Origin: Eledone cirrhosa
Taxonomy: Eukaryota
Direction of reading: 5' to 3'
Length of the DNA: 64,000 nucleotides
Assembly (NCBI GenBank): GCA_964016885.1
Contig: OZ024760.1
Span: 30,132,001 to 30,196,000, forward strand
Below the pieces are notes generated by a model, which made no database searches, had not been told where the DNA came from, and saw nothing but the letters and a program-made list of their open reading frames with translations. Within the stretch, counting starts at the first letter, position 1. Each line of letters begins with the position of its first letter. Below, in pieces: positions 1 through 12,000 of the stretch. A program made the translations under genes and the position numbers.

Positions 1-3000
1 TGTAATGTAATGTATAATTTAATGTGATGTAATGTAACGTAATGTAATGTGTAATGTAATGTAGTGTGTAATGTAATGTAATGTAACGTAATGTCATGTA
101 AGGAAATGTAATATTTAATATGTAATGTAATGTAATGTAATGTGAAATGTAATGTAATGTAATATAATGTAATGTGATGTGTAATGTAATGTAATGTAAT
201 GTAATGTAATATGTAATGTAATGTAATGTAATGTAATGTGTAATGAAATGTAATGTAATGTAATGTAATGTAATATGTAATGTAATGTAATGTAATGTGT
301 AATGTAATGTAATGTAATGTTATGTAATGTAATGTGTAATGTAATGTAATGTGTAATGTAATGTAATGTAATGTAATGTGTAATGTAATGTAATGTAACA
401 TAATGTGTAATGTAATGTAATGTAATGTAATGTGTAATGTGTAATGTAATTTAATGTAATGTAATGTAATGTAATGTAATGTAATGTAATGTGTAATGTA
501 ATGTAACTTAGTGGAATTTAATGTAATTTAATGTAATGTGTAATGTGTAATGTAATGTAATGTAATGTAATGTAATGAAATATGTAATGTAATGTAATGT
601 AATGTAATTTAACGTAATGTCTAATGTAATGTAATGCAATGTAATGTAATATGTAATGAAATGTAATGTAATTTAATGTAATGTCTAATGTAATGTAATG
701 TGTAATGTGTAATGTAATGTAATGTAATGTAATTTAATGTAATGTCTAATGTAATGTAATGTAGTGTAATGCAATGTAATGTAATATGTAATGTAATGTA
801 ATGTAATGTAATGTAATGTAATGTAATGTAATGTAATGTAATGTGTAATGTAATGTAATGTAATGTAATGTGTAATGTAATGTAATGTAATGTAATGTGT
901 AATGTAATGTAATGTACTGTAATGTAATGTAATGTAATGTAATGTGTAACGTAATGTAATGTAATGTAATATAATGTAATGTAATATAATATAATGTAAC
1001 GTAATGTAATGTAATGTGTAATGTAATGTAATTTAATGTAATATGTAATGTAATGTAATGTAATGTAATGTAATGTAATGTAATGTAATGTAATGTAATG
1101 TAATGTAATGTAATGTAATGTAATGTGTAATGTAATGTAATTTAATGTAATGTCTAATGTAACGTAATGTAATGTAATGTAATGTAATGTAATGTAATGT
1201 GTAATGTAATGTAACGTAATGTAATGTAACTTAATGTTTAATATAGTGTAATGTAATGTAATGTAATGTGTAATGTAATGTGTAATGTAATGTAATGTAA
1301 TGTAATGTAATGTAATGTGTAATGTAATGTAATGTACTGTAATGTAATGTAATGTAATGTAATATGTAATGTAATGTAATGTAATGTAATTTAATGTAAT
1401 GTCTAATGTAAAGTAATGTAATGTAATGTAATGTAATGTAATGTAATGTAATGTAATGTAATGTAGTATGTAATGTAATGTAATGTAATGTAATGTAATG
1501 TGTAATGTAATGTAATGTAATGTAATGTAATGTAATGTAATGCAATGTAATATAATGTAATGTAATATGTAATGTAATGTAATGTAATGTAATTTAATGT
1601 AATGTCTAATGTAATGTAATGTAATGTAATGTAATGTAATGTAATGTAATGTAATGTGTAATGTAATGTAATGTAATGTAATGTAATGTAATGTAATGTA
1701 ATGTGTAATGTAATGTAATATAATGTGTAATGTAATGTAACGTAATGTAATGTAATGTAATGTGTAATGTAATGTAATGTAATGTAATGTAATGTAATGT
1801 GTAATGTAATGTAATGTAATATAATGTAATGTGTAATGTAATGTAATGTAATGTATAATGTAATGTAATGTAATGTAATGTAATGCGTAATGTAACGTAA
1901 TGTAATGTAATGTAATGCGTAATGTAACGTAATGTAATGTAATGTGTAATGTGTAATGTAATGTAATGTAATGTAATGTAATGTGTAATGTAATGTAATG
2001 TAATGTAATGTAATGTAATGTAATGTAATATAATGTAATGTAATGTGTAATGCAATGTAACGTAATGTAATGTAATGTGTAATGTAATGTAATGTAATGT
2101 AATGTAATATATTGTGTAATGTGATGTAATGTAATGTAATGTAGTATGTAATGTAATGTAATGTAATGTAATATGTAATGTAATGTAATGTAATGTAATG
2201 TAATGTAATGTAATGTAATATGTGATGTAATGTAATGTGTAATGTAATGTAATGTAATGTAACGTGTAATGTAATATAATGTGTAATGTAATGTAATGTA
2301 ATGTAATGTAATGTAATGTGTAATGTAATGTAAGTCAAAGCAATGCAATGCAATGCAATGAAATTCAATGCAATGCAATGCAATGCAATGTAATGTAATG
2401 TAATGTAATGTAATGTAATGTAATGTAATGTAATGTAATGTAATGTGTAATGTAATGTAAAGTATAATGTAATGTAATGTAATGTAATGTAATGTAATGT
2501 AATGTAATGCAATGTAATGTAATTTACTGTAATATGTAATGTAATGTAATGTAATGTAATGTAATGTAATGTAACGTAACGTAATGTAATGTAATGTGTA
2601 ATGTAATGTAATGTAATGCAATGTGTAATGTAATGTAATGTGTAATGTGTAATGTAATGTAATGTAATGTAATGTAATGTAATGTAATGTAATGTAATGT
2701 AATGTAATGTGTAATGTAATGTAATTTAATGTAATGTCTAATGTAATGTAATGTAATGTAATGTGTAATGTAATGTAACGTAATGTAATGTAACTTAATG
2801 TTTAATGTAATGTAATGTAATGTAATGTAATGTAATGTAATGTAATGTAATGTAATGTAATGTAATGTAATGTGTAATGTAATGTAATGGAATGTAATGT
2901 AATGTAATATAATGCAATGTAATATGTAATGTAATTTAATGTAATGTCATGTAATGTAATGTGTAATGTAATGTAATGTAATGTAATGTAATGTAATGTA

Positions 3001-5329
3001 ATGTAATGTGTAATGTAATGTAATGTAATGTAATGTAATGTAACGTAATGTAACATAATGTAATGTGTAATGTATTGTAATGTAATGTAATGTGTAATGT
3101 AATGTAATGTGTAATGTAATGTAATGTAATGTGTAATGTGTAATGTAATGTAATGTAATGTAATGTAATGTAATGTGTAATGTAATGTAATGTAATGTGT
3201 AAAGTAATGTAATGTAATGTAATGTAATGTAATGTGTAATGTAATGTAATGTAATGTAATGTGTAATGTAATGTAATGTAATGTAATGTAATGTGTAATG
3301 TAATGTAATGTAATGTAATGTAATGTATGATGAAATGTAATGTAATGTAACGTGTAATGTAATGTAATGTACTGTAATGTAATGTAATGTAATATGTAAT
3401 GTAATGTAAGGTAATGTAATTTAATGTAATGTAATGTAATGTAATGTGTAATGTAATGTAATGTAATGCAATGCAATGCAATGCAATGCAATGCAATGCA
3501 ATGCAATGAAATGCAATGTAATGCAATGTAATGCAATGTAACGTAATGTAGTGTGTAATGTAATGTAATGTAATGTATAATTTAATGTGATGTAATGTAA
3601 CGTAATGTAATGTGTAATGTAATGTAGTGTGTAATGTAATGTAATGTAACGTAATGTCATGTAAGGAAATGTAATATTTAATATGTAATGTAATGTAATG
3701 TAATGTGAAAGGTAATGTAATGTAATGTAATATAATGTAATGTAATGTGTAATGTAATGTAATGTAATGTAATGTAATATGTAATGTGATGTAATGTAAT
3801 GTAATGTGTAATGAAATGTAATGTAATGTAATGTAATGTAATATGTAATGTAATGTAATGTAATGTGTAATGTAATGTAATGTAATGTTATGTAATGTAA
3901 TGTGTAATGTAATGTAATGTGTAATGTAATGTAATGTAATGTGTAATGTAATGTAATGTAACATAATGTGTAATGTAATGTAATGTAATGTAATGTAATG
4001 TGTAATGTAATGTAACTTAATGGAATTTAATGTAATTTAATGTAATATAAAGTAATGTGTAATGTGTAATGTAATGTAATGTAATGTAATGTAATATGTA
4101 ATGTAATGTAATGTAATGTAATTTAACGTAATGTCTAATGTAATGTAATGCAATGTAATGTAATATGTAATGTAATGTAATGTAATTTAATGTAATGTCT
4201 AATGTAATGTAATGTGTAATGTGTAATGTAATGTAATGTAATGTAATTTAATGTAATGTCTAATGTAATGTAATGTAGTGTAATGTAATGTAATGTAATA
4301 TGTAATGTAATGTAATGTAATGTAATGTAATGTAATGTAATGTAATGTAATGTGTAATGTAATGTAATGTAATGTAATGTAATGTGTAATGTAATGTAAT
4401 GTACTGTAATGTAATGTAATGTAATGTAATGTGTAACGTAATGTAATGTAATGTAATATAATGTAATGTAATATAATGTAATGTAATGTAATGTAATGTA
4501 ATGTGTAATGTAATGTAATGTAATGTAATATGTAATGTAATTTAATGTAATGCAATGTAATGTAATGTAATGTAATGTAATGTAATGTGTAATGTAATGT
4601 GTAATGTAATGTAATGTAATGTAATGTAATGTAATGTAATGTGTAATGTAACGTAATGTAATGTAATGTAATGTGTAATGTAACGTAATGTAATGTAATG
4701 TAATGTAATGTAATGTATTGTGTAATGTAATGTGTAATGTAATGTAATGTAATTTAATGTAATGTCTAATGTAATGTAATGTAATGTAATGTAATGTAAT
4801 GTAATGTAATGTAATGTAATGTAATGTGTAATGTAATGTAATGTAATGTAATGTAATGTAATGTAATGTAATGAAATGTAATGTAACATAATGTAATGTG
4901 TAATGTAATGTAATGTAATGTAATGTGTAATGTAATGTAATGTGTAATGTACTGTAATGTAATGTAATGTGTAATGTGTAATGTAATGTAATGTAATGTA
5001 ATGTAATGTAATGTAATGTAATGTAATGTAGTGTGTAATGTAATGTAATGTAATGTATAATTTAATGTGATGTAATGTAACGTAATGTAATGTGTAATGT
5101 AATGTAGTGTGTAATGTAATGTAATGTAACGTAATGTCATGTAAGGAAATGTAATATGTAATGTAACGTAACGTATGATGTAATGTAATGTAATGTAATG
5201 TGAAATGTAATGTAATGTAATGTAATATAATGTAATGTAATGTGTAATGTAATGTAATGTAATGTAATGTAATATGTAATGTGATGTAATGTAATGTAAT
5301 GTAATGTGTAATGAAATGTAATGTAATGT

Positions 5330-7470
5330 AATGTAATGTAATATGTAATGTAATGTAATGTAATGTGTAATGTAATGTAATGTAATGTTATGTAATGTAA
5401 TGCGTAATGTAATGTAATGTGTAATGTAATGTAATGTAATGTAATGTGTAATGTAATGTAATGTAACATAATGTGTAATGTAATGTAATGTAATGTAATG
5501 TAATGTGTAATGTGTAATGTAATTTAATGTAATGTAATGTAATGTAATGTAATGTAATGTGTAATGTAATGTAACTTAATGGAATTTAATGTAATTTAAT
5601 GTAATATAAAGTAATGTGTAATGTGTAATGTAATGTAATGTAATGTAATGTAATATGTAATGTAATGTAATGTAATGTAATTTAACGTAATGTCTAATGT
5701 AATGTAATGCAATGTAATGTAATATGTAATGTAATGTAATGTAATGTAATTTAATGTAATGTCTAATGTAATGTAATGTGTAATGTGTAATGTAATGTAA
5801 TGTAATGTAATTTAATGTAATGTCTAATGTAATGTAATGTAGTGTAATGTAATGTAATGTAAGGTAATATGTAATGTAATGTAATGTAATGTAATGTAAT
5901 GTAATATAATGTAATGTGTAATGTAATGTAATGTAATGTAATGTGTAATGTAATGTAATGTACTGTAATGTAATGTAATGTAATGTAATGTGTAACGTAA
6001 TGTAATGTAATGTAATATAATGTAATGTAATATAATGTAATGTAATGTAATGTAATGTAATGTGTAATGTAATGTAACGTAATGTAATGTAATGTAATGT
6101 AATATGTAATGTAATTTAATGTAATGCAATGCAATGCAATGCAATGCAATGCAATGCAATGCAATGTAATGTAATGTAATGTAATGTAATGTAATGTAAT
6201 GTAATGTAATGTAATGTAATGTAATGTAATGTAATGTAATGTAATGTAATTTAATGTAATGTCTAATGTATCGTAATGTAATGTAATGTAATGTAATGTA
6301 ATGTGTAATGTAATGTAACGTAATGTAATGTAACTTAATTTTTAATGTAATGTAATGTGTAATGTAATATGTAATGTAATGTAATGTAATGTGTAATGTA
6401 ATGTAATGTAATGTTATGTAATGTAATGCGTAATGTAATGTAATGTGTAATGTAATGTAATGTAATGTAATGTGTAATGTAATGTAATGTAACATAATGT
6501 GTAATGTAATGTAATGTAATGTAATGTAATGTGTAATGTGTAATGTAATTTAATGTAATGTAATGTAATGTAATGTAATGTAATGTAATGTGTAATGTAA
6601 TGTAACTTAATGGAATTTAATGTAATTTAATGTAATATAAAGTAATGTGTAATGTGTAATGTAATGTAATGTAATGTAATGTAATATGTAATGTAATGTA
6701 ATGTAATGTAATTTAACGTAATGTCTAATGTAATGTAATGCAATGTAATGTAATATGTAATGTAATGTAATGTAATGTAATTTAATGTAATGTCTAATGT
6801 AATGTAATGTGTAATGTGTAATGTAATGTAATGTAATGTAATTTAATGTAATGTCTAATGTAATGTAATGTAGTGTAATGTAATGTAATGTAAGGTAATA
6901 TGTAATGTAATGTAATGTAATGTAATGTAATGTAATGTAATGTAATGTGTAATGTAATGTAATGTAATGTAATGTGTAATGTAATGTAATGTACTGTAAT
7001 GCAATGTAATGTAATGTAATGTGTAATGTAATGTAATGTAATATAATGTAATGTAATATAATGTAATGTAATGTAATGTAATGTAATGTGTAATGTAATG
7101 TAACGTAATGTAATGTAATGTAATGTAATATGTAATGTAATTTAATGTAATGTAATGTAATGTAATGTAATATGTAATGTAATTTAATGTAATGCAATGC
7201 AATGCAATGTAATGTAATGTAATGTAATGTAATGTAATGTAATCTAATGTAATGTAATGTAATGTAATGTAATGTAATGTAATGTAATGTAATGTAATGT
7301 AATGTAATGTAATGTAATGTAATGTAATGTAATGTAATGTAATGTAATGTAATGTAATTTAATGTAATGTGTAATGTATCGTAATGTAATGTAATGTAAT
7401 GTAATGTAATGTGTAATGTAATGTAACGTAATGTAATGTAACTTAATTTTTAATGTAATGTAATGTAATG
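5330..7470 (+). repeat. Tandem duplication, ~1.0-1.1 kb unit, 2 copies
   Basis: Rare variants recur: AACTTAATGGAATTT 5573/6604 (also at 4014), GTTATGTAATGTAATGCG ~5387/~6413, TATCG 6269/7377, AACTTAATTTTT 6332/7440. Confidence 0.85.
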
Positions 7471-8416
7471 TAATGTAATGTGTAATGTAATGTGTAATGT
7501 AATGTAATGTAATGTAATGTAATGTAATGTAATGTGTAATGTAGTTTAATGTAATGTAATGTGTAAAGTAATGTAATGTAATGTAATGTAATGTAATGTG
7601 TAATGTAATGTAATGTAATGTAATGTAATGTAATGTGTAATGTAATGTAATATAATGTAATGTAATGTGTAATGTAATGTAATGTAATGTAATGTAATGT
7701 ATAATGTATTGTAATGTAATGTAACGTGTAATGTAATGTAATGTACTGTAATGTAATGTAATGTAATGTAATATGTAATGTAATGTAATGTAATGTAATT
7801 TAATGTAATGTCTAATGTAAAGTAATGTAATGTAATGTAATGTAATGTAATGTAATGTAATGTAATGTAATGTAGTATGTAATGTAATGTAATGTAATGT
7901 AATGTAATGTAATGTGTAATGTAATGTAATGTAATGTAATGTAATGTAATGCAATGTAATGTAATGTAATGTAATATGTAATGTAATGTAATGTAATGTA
8001 ATGTAATTTAATGTAATGTCTAATGTAATGTAATGTAATGTAATGTAATGTAATGTAATGTAATGTAATGTAATGTGTAATGTAATGTAATGTAATGTAA
8101 TGTAATGTAATGTAATGTAATGTGTAATGTAATGTAATGTAATGTAATGTAATGTAATGTAATGTAATGTAATGTGTAATGTAATGTAATGTAATATAAT
8201 GTAATGTGTAATGTAATGTAATGTAATGTAATGTATAATGTAATGTAATGTAATGTAATGTGTAATGTAATGTAATGTAATGTAATGTAATGTAATGTGT
8301 AATGTAATGTAATGTAATGTAATGTAATGTGTAATGAAACGTAATGTAATGTAATGTGTCATGTGTAATGTAATGTAATGTAATGTAATGTAATGTGTAA
8401 TGTAATGTAATGTAAT

Positions 8417-8436
8417 GTAATGTAATGTAATATAAT
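8417..8436 (+). repeat. Target-site duplication, left copy (GTAATGTAATGTAATATAAT)
   Basis: Identical to 8639-8658. It includes the variant monomer AATAT, which occurs once at homologous empty sites (e.g. 2027, 16597, 17828) but on both sides of the SINE. Confidence 0.75.
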
Positions 8437-8536
8437 TATTTCTACATTAGGCACAAGGCCAGCAATTACCCAGTGTATTACTGGTACTTTATTTTATCGA
8501 CCCCGTAAGGATGAAAGGCAAAGTTAACCTCGGCGA

Positions 8537-8547
8537 GATTTGAACTC
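8537..8547 (-). promoter_or_regulatory. RNA Pol III internal promoter, B box
   Basis: Minus strand GAGTTCAAATC contains GTTCAAATC, a perfect GTTCRANNC match. It lies in a T-arm-like hairpin (TGAG-TTCAAAT-CTCG) ~55 nt downstream of the A box. Confidence 0.85.
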
Positions 8548-8600
8548 AGAATGGCAAGGGCCGTAACTCTATGGGTCAAAGCATGACGTCCGACCCTCTA

Positions 8601-8612
8601 CCGATACTGCCA
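8601..8612 (-). promoter_or_regulatory. RNA Pol III internal promoter, A box
   Basis: Minus strand TGGCAGTATCGG resembles the TRGCNNARYNNG A-box consensus and starts ~10 nt from the GGCGG 5' end at 8622. Confidence 0.75.
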
Positions 8613-8638
8613 ATCCACCGCCTGCCAATCCATCCACC

Positions 8639-8658
8639 GTAATGTAATGTAATATAAT
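8639..8658 (+). repeat. Target-site duplication, right copy (GTAATGTAATGTAATATAAT)
   Basis: Identical to 8417-8436. G8639 can be assigned to either the element or the target, so the length is 19-20 bp, assuming no later slippage. Confidence 0.75.
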
Positions 8659-9049
8659 GTAATGTAATGTGTAATGCAATGTAACGTATTGTAATGTAAT
8701 GTGTAATGTAATGTAATGTAATATATTGTGTAATGTAATGTAATGTAATGTAATGTAGTATGTAATGTAATGTAATGTAATGTAATATGTAATGTAATGT
8801 AATGTAATATAATGTAATGTAATATGTAATGTAATGTAATGTGTAATGTAATGTAATGTAATGTAATGTAATGTAACATGTAATGTAACATGTAATGTAA
8901 TATAATGTGTAATGTAATGTAATGTAATGTAATGTAATGTGTAATGTAATGTAAGTCAATGCAATGCAATGCAATGCAATGAAATTCAATGCAATGCAAT
9001 GCAATGCCATGTAATGTAATGTAATGTAATGTAATATAATGTAATGTAA

Positions 9050-12000
9050 TGTAATGTAATGTAATGTAATGTAATGTGTAATGTAATGTAAAGTGTAATG
9101 TAATGTAATGTAATGTAATGTAATATAATGTAATGTAATGTAATGTAATGTCATGTAATGTAATGCAATGTAATGTAATTTACTGTAATATGTAATGTAA
9201 TGTAATGTAATGTAATGTAATGCAACGTAACGTAATGTAATGTAATGTGTAATGTAATGTAATGTAATACAATGTGTAATGTAATGTAATGTGTAATGTG
9301 TAATGTAATGCAATGTAATGTAATGTAATGTGTAATGTAATGTAATTTAATGTAATGTCTAATGTAATGTAATGTAATGTAATGTAATGTAATGTGTAAT
9401 GTAATGTAACGTAATGTAATGTAACTTAATGTTTAATGTAATGTAATGTAATGTAATGTAATGTAATGTAATGTGTAATGTAATGTAATGTAATGTAATG
9501 TAATGTAATGTAATGTGTAATGTAATGTAATGTAATGTAATGTAATGTAATATAATGCAATGTAATATGTAATGTAATTTAATGTAATGTAATGTAATGT
9601 GTAATGTAATGTGTAATGTAATGTAATGTAATTTAATGTAATGTCTAATGTAATGTAATGTAATGTAATGTAATGTAATGTAATGTGTAATGTAATGTAA
9701 TGTAATGTAATGTAATGTAATGTAATGTAATGTGTAATGTAATGTAATGTAATGTAATGTAACGTAATGTAACGTAATGTAATGTGTAATGTATTGTAAT
9801 GTAATGTAATGTGTAATGTAATGTAATGTAATGTGTAATGTAATGTAATGTGTAATGTGTAATGTAATGTAATGTAATGTAATGTAATGTAATGTAATGT
9901 GTAATGTAATGTAATGTAATGTGTAAAGTAATGTAATGTAATGTAATGTAATGTGTAATGTAATGTAATGTAATGTAATGTGTAATGTAATGTAATGTAA
10001 TGTAATGTAATGTGTAATGTAATGTAATGTAATGTAATGTAATGTATGATGTAATGTAATGTAATGTAACGTGTAATGTAATGTAATGTACTGTAATGTA
10101 ATGTAATGTAATATGTAATGTAATGTAAGGTAATGTAATTTAATGTAATGTAATGTAATGTAATGTGTAATGTAATGTAATGTAATGCAATGCAATGCAA
10201 TGCAATGCAATGCAATGCAATGAAATGCAATGCAATGCAATGTAATGTAATGTAATGTAATCTAAGGTAATGTGTAATGTAATGTAATGTAATGTAATGT
10301 AATGTAATGTGTAATATAATGTAATGTAATGTGTAATGTAATGTAATGGAATGTAATGTAATGTGTAATGTAATGTAATGTAATGTAATGTAATGTGTAA
10401 TGTAATGTAATGTAATATAATGTAATGTAATGTAATGTATTGTGTAATGTAATGTGTAATGTAATATAATGTAATTTAATGTAATGTCTAATGTAATGTA
10501 ATGTAATGTAGTGTAATGTAATGTAATGTAATGTAATGTAATGTAATGTAATGTAATGTAATTTAATGTGTAATGTAATGTAATGTAATGTAATGTAATG
10601 TAATGTAATGTAATGTAATGTAATGTAACGTAATGTAATGTGTAATGTAATGTAATGTAATGTAATGTGTAATGTAATGTAATGTGTAATGTACTGTAAT
10701 GTAATGTAATGTGTAATGTGTAATGTAATGTAATGTAATGTAATGTAATGTAATGTAATGTAATGTAATGTAATGTAGTGTGTAATGTAATGTAATGTAA
10801 CGTAATGTCATGTAAGGAAATGTAATATTTAATATGTAATGTAATGTAATGTAATGTGAAATGTAATGTAATGTAATGTAATATAATGTAATGTAATGTG
10901 TAATGTAATGTAATGTGATGTAATGTAATATGTAATGTGATGTAATGTAATGTAATGTAATGTGTAATGAAATGTAATGTAATGTAATGTAATGTAATAT
11001 GTAATGTAATGTAATGTAATGCAATGTGTAATGTAATGTAATGTAATGTTATGTAATGTAATGTGTAACGTAATGTAATGTGTAATGTAATGTAATGTAA
11101 TGTAATGTGTAATGTAATGTAATGTAACATAATGTGTAATGTAATGTAATGTAATGTAATGTGTAATGTGTAATGTAATTTAATGTAATGTAATGTAATG
11201 TAATGTAATGTAATGTAATGTAATGTGTAATGTAATGTAACTTAATGTAATTTAATGTAATTTAATGTAATATAAAGTAATGTGTAATGTGTAATGTAAT
11301 GTAATGTAATGTAATATGTAATGTAATGTAATGTAATGTAATTTAATGTAATGTCTAATGTAATGTAATGTGTAATGTGTAATGTAATGTAATGTAATTT
11401 AATGTAATGTCTAATGTAATGTAATGTAGTGTAATGTAATGTAATGTAATGTAATGTAATGTATTGTAATGTAATGTGTAATGTAATGTAATGTAATGTA
11501 ATGTGTAATGTAATGTAATGTACTGTAATGTAATGTAATGTAATGTAATGTAATGTGTAACGTAATGTAATGTAATGTAATATAATGTAATGTAATATAA
11601 TGTAATGTAATGTAATGTAATGTAATGTGTAATGTAATGTAACGTAATGTAATGTAATGTAATATGTAATGTAATTTAATGTAATGCAATGCAATGCAAT
11701 GCAATGCAATGCAATGCAATGCAATGCAATGTAATGTAATGTAATGTAATGTAATGTAATGTAATGTAATGTAATGTAATGTAATGTAATGTAATGTAAT
11801 GTAATGTAATGTAATGTATTGTAATGTAATGTAATGTAATGTAATGTAATGTAATGTAATGTAATGTAATGTAATGTAATGTAATGTAATGTAATGTAAT
11901 GTAATGTAATGTAATGTAATGTAATGTAATGTAATGTAATGTAATGTAATGTAATTTAATGTAATGTCTAATGTAACGTAATGTAATGTAATGTAATGTA

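Larger units (their letters stand above)
1..8436 (+). repeat. (AATGT)n pentanucleotide satellite array, left of the SINE; continues beyond the window start
   Basis: Continuous tandem AATGT units with interspersed 7-nt units (AATGTGT, AATATGT, AATGTCT) and substitution variants (AATTT, AACGT, AATAT, AATGC). The + strand has almost no C. Confidence 0.99.
8437..8639 (-). mobile_element. tRNA-derived SINE, ~200 bp, probably of a cephalopod (octopus-type) family
   Basis: Minus strand from 8622 reads GGCGGTGGATTGGCAGTATCGGTAGAGG...TTCTGAGTTCAAATCTCGCCGAGGTTAACTTTGCCTTTCATCCTTACGGGGTCGATAAAATAAAGTACCAGTAATACACTGGGTAATTGCTGGCCTTGTGCCTAATGTAGAAATA. Seen directly: tRNA-like head with A and B boxes, AT-rich end and flanking direct repeats. 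The block GCCTTTCATCCTT-CGGGGTCGATAAAAT-AGTACCAG resembles a conserved central SINE domain and octopus SINE sequences as I recall them; no database search was run. Confidence 0.92.

Noticed and set aside
8431-8436. TATAAT (-10 or TATA-like hexamer) here and at many other positions
   Set aside because: It is simply the single G>A monomer variant and has no promoter context.
8423-8449. Inverted monomer TACATTA (8443-8449) in the SINE tail, able to pair with flanking TAATGTA; possible origin of the satellite from the SINE tail
   Set aside because: It is only 7 bp of AT-rich sequence, it is oriented opposite to the array, and the empty homologous sites show that the array pre-dates the insertion.
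8525-8622. Possible tRNA gene
   Set aside because: A and B boxes and a partial T-arm are present, but I could not fold a full cloverleaf or a 7-bp acceptor stem, there is no T-run terminator, and the sequence continues into a SINE body flanked by a TSD.
8576-9313. ORFs with non-repetitive C-termini (...GGWIGRRWIGSIGRGSDVML and ...WMDWQAVDWQYR)
   Set aside because: These are satellite frames running into the SINE head, not protein domains.
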